DNA from: an uncultured Candidatus Micrarchaeota archaeon
GTDB lineage: Archaea > Micrarchaeota > Micrarchaeia > Micrarchaeales > Micrarchaeaceae
Direction: 5' to 3'
Assembly: GCA_963741095.1 (NCBI GenBank)
Contig: CAVUGN010000005.1
Location: 142,711-206,710 of the forward strand
Length of the DNA: 64,000 nt
A program made the translations under genes and the position numbers. Below are positions 1 to 9,300 of this stretch, piece by piece. Each line of letters starts with the position of its first letter. The first letter of the stretch is position 1. The notes under the pieces are model-generated. The model saw only the letters and a program-made list of their open reading frames with translations. It searched no databases and had not been told where the DNA came from.

Positions 1-456
1 TATTACCTTCATGTCTTTAACGCCTCAACAGCCAAAAAGTCAGAAAAGGATATATCCCCGATAAGCAACTTGCTTACCCAGCTCTACGGCGTGGACTCGG
101 CGAGCGGGACTATCTGGGGCGGAGCGGGCGATAACCCACAGCCAGAGAATTCAAGATACATAGTTACTGAGGACTATGGTGCTTACAAGAAAAAGGCCAT
201 ACACAAGATAACCTGCAAGTGCTATGTATGCTCTCACTATTCCCTTGACGAGATATATGACTCAGCCAACTACTTACAAAGGCTAAAGGTGCATACAGTA
301 TCAAAATATAGGACAGAATACACAGAGATAGGAGAGAAGATAAAGAACGACAAAGACCCGCTTGTGCCTTATGTCAATACCAAAGCCCAAACCAAAACCG
401 ATGTTAGAAAGATAATGAACGACGTAAATGAGATTAAGGCGAGGACATCGGGGTAA
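1..456 (+). CDS. hypothetical protein, 5'-truncated by window edge
   Basis: Frame is open from base 1 (YYLHVFNAS...) through the listed 70..456 ORF to TAA. Visibly more AT-rich than neighbours. Confidence 0.6.
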   Translation, partial: YYLHVFNASTAKKSEKDISPISNLLTQLYGVDSASGTIWGGAGDNPQPENSRYIVTEDYGAYKKKAIHKITCKCYVCSHYSLDEIYDSANYLQRLKVHTVSKYRTEYTEIGEKIKNDKDPLVPYVNTKAQTKTDVRKIMNDVNEIKARTSG

Positions 457-519
457 AATAAGACCGCCCCGATTTACCAGCCGTCAATTACCACCCTAAG
501 ATTTACCAGAACCGTCTGG

Positions 520-945
520 TCACTTCCGGATCACGCCCAGATTGCCCTCTTTTTCGACGTCAATCTTGGACCCTATTCCCCACGCGAATCCGATGAACAT
601 GGCGTTCTCCTTGTTCTGTATCCTGTGGCCGTTGTTTGCCGTTTCCTTTATCTCTTCGAGCTTGTTGACCAGGAGATCGACCGTGGCCTTGCTCGTCATT
701 AACTCGATGGATTCCTGCGTTCCTGCCGTTTTTATGGCATAGAGGAAATCTGCGATATTGAAGGGCGTGCGCAACATCAGCGGATACAGGACATGCGCGG
801 CCTTTATCACATCGGGATTGCATGCCGTGTTTTGCATGTCCAGCACCTTTGCGGCCTGTATGTAGTCCAGGTTGAACCCCGTCGCCTGTTTCGGAACCAC
901 CTCTTTTATGCAGGAAAGGATATCCTTGCCGTTTGTCGCCTCCAC
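520..945 (-). CDS. hypothetical protein
   Basis: Listed ORF 520..1035. Likely start is GTG at 945, after a GGTGA RBS and an ATAAATAT box. No family recognised. Confidence 0.55.
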   Translation of the reverse strand: MEATNGKDILSCIKEVVPKQATGFNLDYIQAAKVLDMQNTACNPDVIKAAHVLYPLMLRTPFNIADFLYAIKTAGTQESIELMTSKATVDLLVNKLEEIKETANNGHRIQNKENAMFIGFAWGIGSKIDVEKEGNLGVIRK

Positions 946-1021
946 CAGATCACCGTGCCACCCTCTATTTTTCGAGATATTTATGCCTATGGTTGGATGA
1001 CACTTGACGTACCCATGTTCG

Positions 1022-2080
1022 TCAAACGTTGCCACCGCTGACCACGGAGACGATCAGCTCGCTCTTGCCGTACCTTGAGCTCCTTATCGCGGCGATGCCG
1101 GCGACGCCCGCGAGCTCTGCGACAAGCCCGTACTCTTCGTGGAATCTCTTCTGTTCGTTTTTCAGGTCCGCATCGCTCACGGCAACCGCATCTCCCTTGC
1201 TCGCCTTTATGTCCTCGACGGCCTGGTTGCCGAAGGTCGGATAGCCCACCGCGATGGCATCGGCGGCGGTCTTAGGAACGACATACTTTATCCATCGGTC
1301 ATTTTTGTACGCGGTGACCAAGGGTGCGCATGATTTTGACTGGACGCCGACAAGCATCGGCATCCTGCTTATCCTGCCCGCGACCTTCATCTCAGTCAAT
1401 CCCTTGGCTATGCCGCTTATGAGCGTCGCATTGCCCACCGGTACCATTATGCGGTCCACATCGGGAAGCTGGTCCATTATCTCATAGGCCATCGTCTTCT
1501 GGCCCTCCTTCCTGTAGCAGTAGTCGCCGACAAGGAAGGCCTTTGCCTTCTCCGAATACGCGAGGGCGAGCTTCTGCGCCTTTGTGAAGTCTCCCTTGAC
1601 GTGCACAACGGTAGCGTCATGCTCCGCCATTATGAAGTTGATCTTGTCCTTGTTAGCGGCGTTGCTTATGAACGCCCTCACGCGCAGGCCCGCGAGCTTC
1701 GCGTAGTGCGCTATCGAATAGGCCATGTTGCCCGTCGATGCCACGGAAACTTCATTGTAGCCGTACTCCACCGCCTTGCAGATCTCTATGATTGATCCGC
1801 GGTCCTTGAAGGACCTTGTCGGATTGTCGGTCTCCATCTTCAGGCACACGTTCTTCATGTCGTGGCTCCCCATCAGCCTTGTCGAGCCGATCTCGTAATT
1901 CGGATAATCGCAGTCGGGAAGGGCTTGCCTGTAGTCCCAGAACCTGCCTGTGCCGCTTATCTTGGGCATTCTGCCGTCGTAAACCACCTCCAGCGAGCAG
2001 CCGCACCTCTTGCAGAACTGGCCGTCGTAGTCGCTGTCGTACTCCTCTCCGTGGTGATGGCATTTCAGGTGGTATCTCAT
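1022..2080 (-). CDS. thrC: threonine synthase-like PLP-dependent enzyme
   Basis: N-terminal Zn-ribbon-like segment, NPTRSFKDRG (PLP lysine), ASTGN, EGQKT, VPVGNA. Start reassigned to ATG 2080 (MRYHLKC). Confidence 0.85.
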   Translation of the reverse strand: MRYHLKCHHHGEEYDSDYDGQFCKRCGCSLEVVYDGRMPKISGTGRFWDYRQALPDCDYPNYEIGSTRLMGSHDMKNVCLKMETDNPTRSFKDRGSIIEICKAVEYGYNEVSVASTGNMAYSIAHYAKLAGLRVRAFISNAANKDKINFIMAEHDATVVHVKGDFTKAQKLALAYSEKAKAFLVGDYCYRKEGQKTMAYEIMDQLPDVDRIMVPVGNATLISGIAKGLTEMKVAGRISRMPMLVGVQSKSCAPLVTAYKNDRWIKYVVPKTAADAIAVGYPTFGNQAVEDIKASKGDAVAVSDADLKNEQKRFHEEYGLVAELAGVAGIAAIRSSRYGKSELIVSVVSGGNV

Positions 2081-2198
2081 GCAATGACCGCTATGATCGT
2101 CAAATCTGGGCTTCAGTGCGTGTAATTGATAAGAGTAGTGAAATCGCAAAGTTAATATATCATATCTGCCACAGAAATAGTTAGGGTAGGTGGTAGGA

Positions 2199-3341
2199 AT
2201 GATAAAGGTAGTGGGTAACAGGGAGATACTCGAAATAATAGCCATCTTCGTCATCGTCATGACGGTCGGCATACTGATAGCGATTGCCGCTGTCAGGACC
2301 CAGAGCGTCTCGATACTGTCCAACACCCTTCAGGATCCGAGGTTCGCGGATCTCTCCTACGCATTGGATGCCACGCTCGTTTTCATAATAGCGCTCCTGG
2401 TGCTGAGGAGGCACAGCCACCACAGCAACACCATACTGTTCGAGGCTTTGGAGGGCATAGTTATCTCGTTCACGTCGTTCTTCATGTTCCTGCTCCTGTT
2501 CGCCATACTGCTACCGCAGACCGTGACCACCGGTTACATCTACGTGTACGCTGCCGTTATGGCTATAATGCTCGTCATATTCAAGGACAGGTTCCACAAG
2601 CTGAGCGATCTCGCAACGGTGCTGTCGGCCGTCGGGGTCGGGTTGATACTCGGCTTCAACTTCGCCTTCAACTACGCGATACTTATATTCGCCGCGGTGG
2701 CAGTCTACGATTACATAGGAGTGTTCAAGAGCAACGAGATGATTAATCTGGCGAAGGCCTTCTCCTCCAGCAACGTCTCCTTTCTGATAAGCGTTTCTGA
2801 TTTGGAGGCGGTGCCCGAATGGGGCCTGAGCCACAAGGAGATCGAGGACTACATGAATTACCTTTCAAGCATTCACGAGCTCAACGACCCGAAGTTCAAG
2901 AAGATACTGCAGAGCGGCAAGCTTCCGGTCATATGCCAGCTCGCGCTTGGCGAGGGGGACCTCAGCCTGCCACTCATGGTGGCGGTCAGCGCCTGCGTCT
3001 CCATCAGCCATGCATTTGCCGGGGTTGTTGTCATAGGCGCGGTTGCAGGCATCTTCCTCACGATGCTGCTGCTCAAGGAGTACAAGCATCCGATACCCGC
3101 AATACCGCCGCTGTTCTCTACGGTCGGCATCGTCTCAGGCATAGCCTTCCTTGTCATACACGCCACTGGCACGTCCCATCTGGGCAACGTCTCGGGCACC
3201 TATCAATTAGGCATATTGATGATTGCGGTGAGCTCGCTGATGATGCTCACAGACATAGTCACCATTGCAAGGAGGATGCACAGGAACAGGCTGCAGAAAG
3301 AGGCTAACATCAGGAGGGACATCAAGAGCGCAGCCATCTGA
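2199..3341 (+). CDS. presenilin/signal peptide peptidase family (A22) intramembrane aspartyl protease
   Basis: Multi-TM protein with YD (AVYDYIG), GxGD (LGEGDL) and PAL-like (IPAIP) motifs. Confidence 0.85.
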   Translation: MIKVVGNREILEIIAIFVIVMTVGILIAIAAVRTQSVSILSNTLQDPRFADLSYALDATLVFIIALLVLRRHSHHSNTILFEALEGIVISFTSFFMFLLLFAILLPQTVTTGYIYVYAAVMAIMLVIFKDRFHKLSDLATVLSAVGVGLILGFNFAFNYAILIFAAVAVYDYIGVFKSNEMINLAKAFSSSNVSFLISVSDLEAVPEWGLSHKEIEDYMNYLSSIHELNDPKFKKILQSGKLPVICQLALGEGDLSLPLMVAVSACVSISHAFAGVVVIGAVAGIFLTMLLLKEYKHPIPAIPPLFSTVGIVSGIAFLVIHATGTSHLGNVSGTYQLGILMIAVSSLMMLTDIVTIARRMHRNRLQKEANIRRDIKSAAI

Positions 3342-3344
3342 TCT

Positions 3345-6118
3345 TTATCTCTCTACTGCATCATCGTCGCTTCTCCTTCTCCTGCTGTAGGCCAAGCCTA
3401 GGGCTATTGCAACCGCTATGGCTATCCCGGAGCCCAGAAGCGGGATCAGGGCGTTTGAGCTGGAACCGCTCGTAGAAGTGGTCGAGCTGATGGTTGTAGT
3501 TGTAGTGGATACCGTTGACGTTGAGGTCGAAGTGGCCTGCGTGGGCTGCTGTGCCGTGGTGGAGCCGGTCGTGCCCGTAGGGATGACGGCCTGCAGAACC
3601 ACCGGCTGGCCGTTGATGCGCAGGGTTATCACGTCCTCGTGCATTATCGCCAGGTAGGATATGTTGAGCAGTTCGACATAATATCCGAATCCGGTGTTGT
3701 TGTAGATCTCCACTGTTGCGTTCGGCGTCAGCACCAACGATTGTCCGTTTATCGTCAGGCCTGCCGAGGTTGGCGTTATGTAGTTGACCTGTATGTCGAA
3801 GATCACGTTCTCCACGTTCAGGCTCTCGGTGTTGTAGTCCGAGAAGTTCAGTATGGTGAAGCCCGTCTGGTTGCCGTTGGTGTAAGGTACAACCGTCGGT
3901 TTGAATGCTCCGCCGCCTCCGCCCCCACCGCCGCCGCCAACGCCCGTTGGCACTATGGTGGTCGTCGTTGCAGGTGGATTGACCGTCACCTCTGTCGATG
4001 CACCGGTGTTGAGCATGTAGTTTGGCGAGGTGCCCGTGTCCGTCGCCTGTATTTCATAATAGACGCTTGTTGATGGTGTGTCAGTGCAGGTCACTATCCC
4101 GCTGCTGACCACGCAGTTCTGCGTAGATGCAGGGGCAAAGGTTGTGCCATCAGTTGATACCAATAATTGGTACGTTATCGTTCCGGTGCCGCCTGAAGCG
4201 GCGTTGGCCGTCACGGTCTCCGTCTGGCCGTCGGTTATCGGCGATGTTATCTGTATGCCTGAAGGCGCAATGAGCGCGTTGTTGACCGTGACCTTTGTCG
4301 ACGGGCCGGTGTTGAGCATGTAGTTGGGCGATGTTCCCGTGTCCGTGGCCTGTATTTCATAATATGTTCCAGTTGAGGGTGCATTTGTGCATGTCACGGT
4401 CGCGCCGCTGACAACGCAGTTCTGCGTTGATGCAGGAGCGAAAGTGATGCCGTTGCTGGACACGAGTAATTGGTATGTTATGGGACCAGTGCCACCAGAG
4501 GCAGCGTTGGCAGTCACGGTTTCAGTCTGGCCCGAATCTATTGGCGAGGTTATCGTTATGCCAGAAGGCGCTATGAACGCACCGCTGACCGTTACGACGC
4601 CCGTGTTCGATTGCGCGTTTCCGACCGAATCTGTGACCGTGAGGGTCACAGTGCACATGACGGCCGAAGTGGGCGTGAACATGACTGAGTTGGTGGTGCT
4701 TGACAGTGACGAGCATGCAGGGTCTGAACCGCTGCCGCTCCAGGCGTACTTGACGTATGAAGATGAACCGCCGCTGACACCAGCGTGAAGCGTGATCGTC
4801 TGGCCCAGATCTATTGTAGGGTCCAGTATCACGACAACGAGCGGAGGATAAACGGTCACTTGTGACGAAGGTGCACTGGTTGTCGTTACCGCGTTGGATG
4901 CTGAATCTGTTGCGGTTATCTCGTAGATGTAGTTGCCCGCCGTAGTCGGCGAGTATGTGCATTTTACGGATGATCCTGAGAGCGCGCACGCCGCGCCGGT
5001 TGAGGCGTAGCCGCTGCCGGAATTTGCCAGCAGGCTGTACGTTACCGGTGCGCTTCCGCCCGTCGCAGCATTCGCGACGACGTTCTCGATCTGGTTAGCA
5101 TCTATCGGCGTGTTTGCCGAGGTTATAGAAGGTGTGCCTAGTGCAGGATTTGCGGTGACAGAAGCTGTTCTCTGCGTTGAAGTCGCGCCCAGCGAGTCCT
5201 TCACGATGATCCCGTAGGTCTCGGTGGTTGTCGACGCAACAGTAGGCACGGTTATAGTGCATGTCGGAGAAGTTGTAGAACATGAGCCAGTGCCTAGACC
5301 AGACCATGTGTAAGTGTAAGGCGATGTCCCGCCAGTCGGAGACGCAGTCAGTGTCAGTGCCTGCCCGCTGTCGGATGTCGAAGCGGATGCGGACAGCGTG
5401 ACCGTCGGAGACGGTGCGATTGTAGTTGTCGTAGGAACGGTTGTTGTTGGTACTGTTGTTGAGACCGTTGAAGTTGTCGTGGTTGGAATCGTTGTGGTTG
5501 TCGATACAGTCGTGGGTATTGTAGTTGTCGGCACGGTCGTTGTCGGTACGGTTGTTGTCGATACAGTTGTCGAGACCGTTGAAGTTGTCGTGGTTGGAAT
5601 CGTTGTGGTTGTCGATACAGTCGTGGGTATTGTAGTTGTCGGCACGGTCGTTGTCGGTACGGTCGTTGTAGGTACCGTTGTCGATGCGGTGGTTGTCGAA
5701 ACCGTCGAGGTTGTCGTGGTTGACACGGTGGTGGTTATCCCGCAGTGAGTGGGCATTGGATCCTGTGTGCAGCTTGATTCAGTGCCGCCCGCACAGGTGC
5801 AGTGGTGGGATCCGCATTGCGGGCTTGTGCCGCTGCAGAACCAGTTCCAGCAATTCTCGTAGCTGTCGGCACCGTAGCAAACGACTATGGTTGTCGTGGG
5901 AGCCGTGGTTGTTGACGCCGTAGATGTTGTGGTTGAAGTCGTTGTGGTCGGATACCGTAGTGGAGATTGTCGTCGGCCACCGTGGTGGTCGTGGTTGAGC
6001 CTCTGCAGGCGTACGCTGCCCCCATGAACAGCGAGATGAAAACCAGGACAGACAGTACAAGCCTTAAGGGCCCTGCCGAGTGTGCATGCTCATCGAAGTT
6101 TCGCTTTGAGAAATTCAT
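3345..6118 (-). CDS. membrane-anchored Thr-rich surface protein with Ig-like repeats (~923 aa after removing two single-base insertions at ~5977 and ~5950)
   Basis: Signal peptide (LRLVLSVLVFISLFMGAAYA) from ATG 6118 joins ORF 3345..5756 if one extra base is removed at each site. Mucin-like Thr tracts, beta-rich repeats, poly-Gly, C-terminal TM plus RRRR. Confidence 0.8.
3975..4580 (-). repeat. two ~300-bp intragenic repeats (Ig-like domain duplication)
   Basis: APSGI.ITSPI..GQTETVTANAASGGTG.ITYQLLVS...YYEIQATDTGTSPNYMLNTG occurs twice. Confidence 0.8.
5461..5664 (-). repeat. 111-bp period tandem repeat encoding Thr/Val/Pro mucin-like tract
   Basis: gagaccgttgaagttgtcgtggttggaatcgttg... begins at both 5461 and 5572. 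Confidence 0.8.
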
Positions 6119-6320
6119 CAAAATCCCGGAATATTTAGGACAGCCATGATGGCTGCATTTTCTTGCACTACGACTCTCATTCAGGAGATACTTATGCGTT
6201 TGCACCACGTTCGCGGATCGCCGAACATCGAGTAGTGCCTGGCGGCATGCCGGGACTTGACTCCCTACAGCAGCCTAGGGGAGGTTGGGATCGGATAACC
6301 GCGATGTTGTGGTGGAGCGG

Positions 6321-9300
6321 TTACCTTCTTCTCCTCCTGTTGCCCCTGGAATAGGCTAGGCCTATCGCTATTGCGATCGCAATCGCAACTCCGCTTCCTA
6401 CCAGCGGTATGAGGGAATTGCTTGGCGTAGTGCTGCTCTGCTGCACCGTTGTGGTGGACAGCACCGTTGTGGGCAGCGTCGTCGTTGCAGTTGTAGTTGC
6501 CGTGGTCTGCACGGTCGTTGCGGGAACCTGCGTGGTTATGAACGGCCCGTTGGGCTGCCCCCATATCACCAGCGTCATCACGTCCTCGTACGCTATCGGC
6601 AGGTACGCTATGCTCGTTATGTTCGCATAGTAGGTGTATCCCGCAGGGTCGTCAAGCTTGGTGACGTTGCCGAGCTGCAGCGTGTAGTTGTGTCCGTTTA
6701 TCGTAACTCCCGCGCTCGTAGGCGTCAGGAAGTGCACGACAATGGTGAACGTCTTGTTGTTTATGACGACCTGCTGCGTCTCGTAGTCCGTCAGGTTGAT
6801 TATCGACCAGCCGGTCTCGTTGTTGTTCGAGTACGACAGCACGGTCGGCTTGAACGTTCCGCCGCCCGCTCCGCCTTCCGCGCCTCGCCGGTCGAGCCGC
6901 TGTTGCTTCCTCCGCCTCCGCCGCCACCGTTGCCGCCACCGTTGCCGCCTGAGCCGCCACCCCCGCTGCCAGATGGTACGCTTGTTACGGTTATTGACGC
7001 GATTGCACTGTTAGCAGTTTCAGGTGATGCTGCCGAGTTGTCTGTGACTCCGACATCGTAGCTGAATGATCCGAGAGCGTTTGTCGTGAACGTGCATGTG
7101 TTGCCCGTGCACCCCGTCATCACCAGCGCGTTGCCAGAAGTTGTGTTGAAGAAGGTATACGTGAATGGCGCTGTGCCTCTGCTGACGCTTGCGGTCAGCG
7201 TCTCGCTATCTCCAGTCACCGGGCTGGCTGCGCTAGGCGCTATTGATACACCAAGTGTGTCGCTAACAATCACTGTTGCTATGTTTGACACCGACATGCC
7301 GTTGTTCGAGTCGGTGATCATGACGTTGTAGGTGAATGTTCCAAGCGAGTTGGCAGGCGCAGAGTATGTCGATGCTGTTGCTCCGGTTATCGCATTTCCA
7401 GAGGTCATGTTGTACCACTGGAAGGCGTAGGTGCCAGAGCCTGGGTTGACAACCACAGTGCTAAGGGTGAATGTCTGACCCAAGTCAACATCCACATTTG
7501 TAGGTATTGTCACCGCAGGCAGTGCATATACAATCATGGTGTTGCTTAGCGTCTCGCACCCATTCGCTCCGGTGCACGCTCCGCCTGGGTTGCTTGTGCT
7601 GTCCCTGACTTCCACATAAACGTTGTCAGGCCCAACGCCGCTTGACGTAGCAGTGAACACAGCATTACTCGATTGCGAGCTTGTTGGTCCGTTGAACTGC
7701 TGGAACGCAGTCACGCTGTTGCTGTTGACAACGATGAAGTTGTACGTGTACGGTGGAGTTCCGCCATGTATGCTTGCGGTCAGCGTCGATAGCTGGCCCA
7801 CATCGATGGAGTTAGGTATTGCCGCGAACAACGATCCAAGAGCTTCATTTACCTTTATCGTGCTCTGGCTCGTGATGAAAGCGTAGTTGGGTGTCGTGCC
7901 CTCATCTATTATCGCAGCATTGTAGGTGAATGAGCCAATAGCTCCAGTCAGGAAGGATAACCCTCCGCTGCCGCCTGGGCTCAATATGACTGTGCTGATG
8001 CCCGTTGGAACAGGTGTTATGCCAGACATATTGATTAGCTGGACATTGAAGGGCCCAGTGCCCCCATTTACGGTCAGCTGGTACGTTTCTATCTCGCCGG
8101 AGTCAAGCACTGACAGAATCGGCGTGAATGTTGCAGTCGGAGCCGGGTTGACCTGAACGTTTAACGAAGCTGCTTGAGTATGCGAAGCAGAGTCCGTAAC
8201 GCTTACCGAATACGGTTCGGTAGTAGGTACACTCGTCGTAGGCGATACTGGGCACACGTCTGTCGTGCTTGCAGTAGTTGTATCGCACACTGATGCACCA
8301 GCACCAGTCCAGGTGTAGGTGTAGCTAGGCGAGCCGCTAATCGCAGTGGCCGTCAGCGTCTCGGTCTGGCCAGAATCTATCGCAGGCGATGAGCCCATAA
8401 GCGTGACTCCGAACCCTCCAACAGTCACCGTAGAGATTGTAGAGTTTACTATGTAAGGTACCGTTGTGCCCGTATCGGTCACCCGCATCTTAAAGGACCA
8501 TGTTCCTTTGCTGTGCTCGGGGTGGTCACGAATGTGTAGAGGTTGCAGCTTGTAGCTCCGGCTATTGACAAGAATGTCGGGCTGCCTGGCTGCTCGGAGA
8601 ACCACTGGCACGCAAAGTTGGCAGGGTTACTGCCTCCGGTCGTCGAGCCCGTTAGGATAGAGGAGTTGCCTCCGATGAGCTGTATTGGGCTGGCGCTCGA
8701 GAATGCCAACAGCTGTTGGTAGACAGTCACTCCCTCTTGGTTGATTGCGCTAGCCATCTCTGGCAGGGCGTTGGAACTGTCTGTTACGAATACCTGGAAC
8801 TCCCAGTCTCCTATGGCAGTTGAGGTGTCTGTCTGGAACAGCGTCTGGGTTATGACTGAGCTTGATGTTTGCAGGCTACCTGGGATCGTTGTGTATGTTA
8901 GGTTTGCCGGATCTTCATTTGCCCAGTAAGTGACATATGGCGCCGTGCCCCCCACCACTGAAGATGATTCGACCGAAAGCTGTCCCTGGTCGACCAGCGA
9001 GTGGCTTGATGTCGGCGGTTTGACTGCAAGCGGTTTGTTGACGTTCAGCGTTGAAGAGCTCGACGCAGTTTCAGCTGGAGTTCCAGCAGAGGCATCGGTC
9101 ACTGTGACCGAGACAGAGTACCCACTATGCACAGTGGTTGACGTTACTTTGCACGTAGTATCGGATGTACCGCAGCCTGCTGTCTTGGTAAGGCCCGCTG
9201 GTACAGCCCAAGCGTAGGTGTACGGCATTGTGCCTTCAGTCGCTACTGCGGTGTAGGTGTATGACTGACCATTGTCAATGTTTATCGGGGTCGGAAGCGG

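Noticed and set aside
2081-2326. N-terminal extension of thrC (likewise for 28795, 49770, 50092, 53133 and 54909 ORF starts)
   Set aside because: The extensions overlap neighbouring genes or a tRNA; homology starts at downstream start codons.
6235-6300. tRNA-like sequence (cgggacttgactccc)
   Set aside because: No cloverleaf, D arm or acceptor stem; only an imperfect hairpin.
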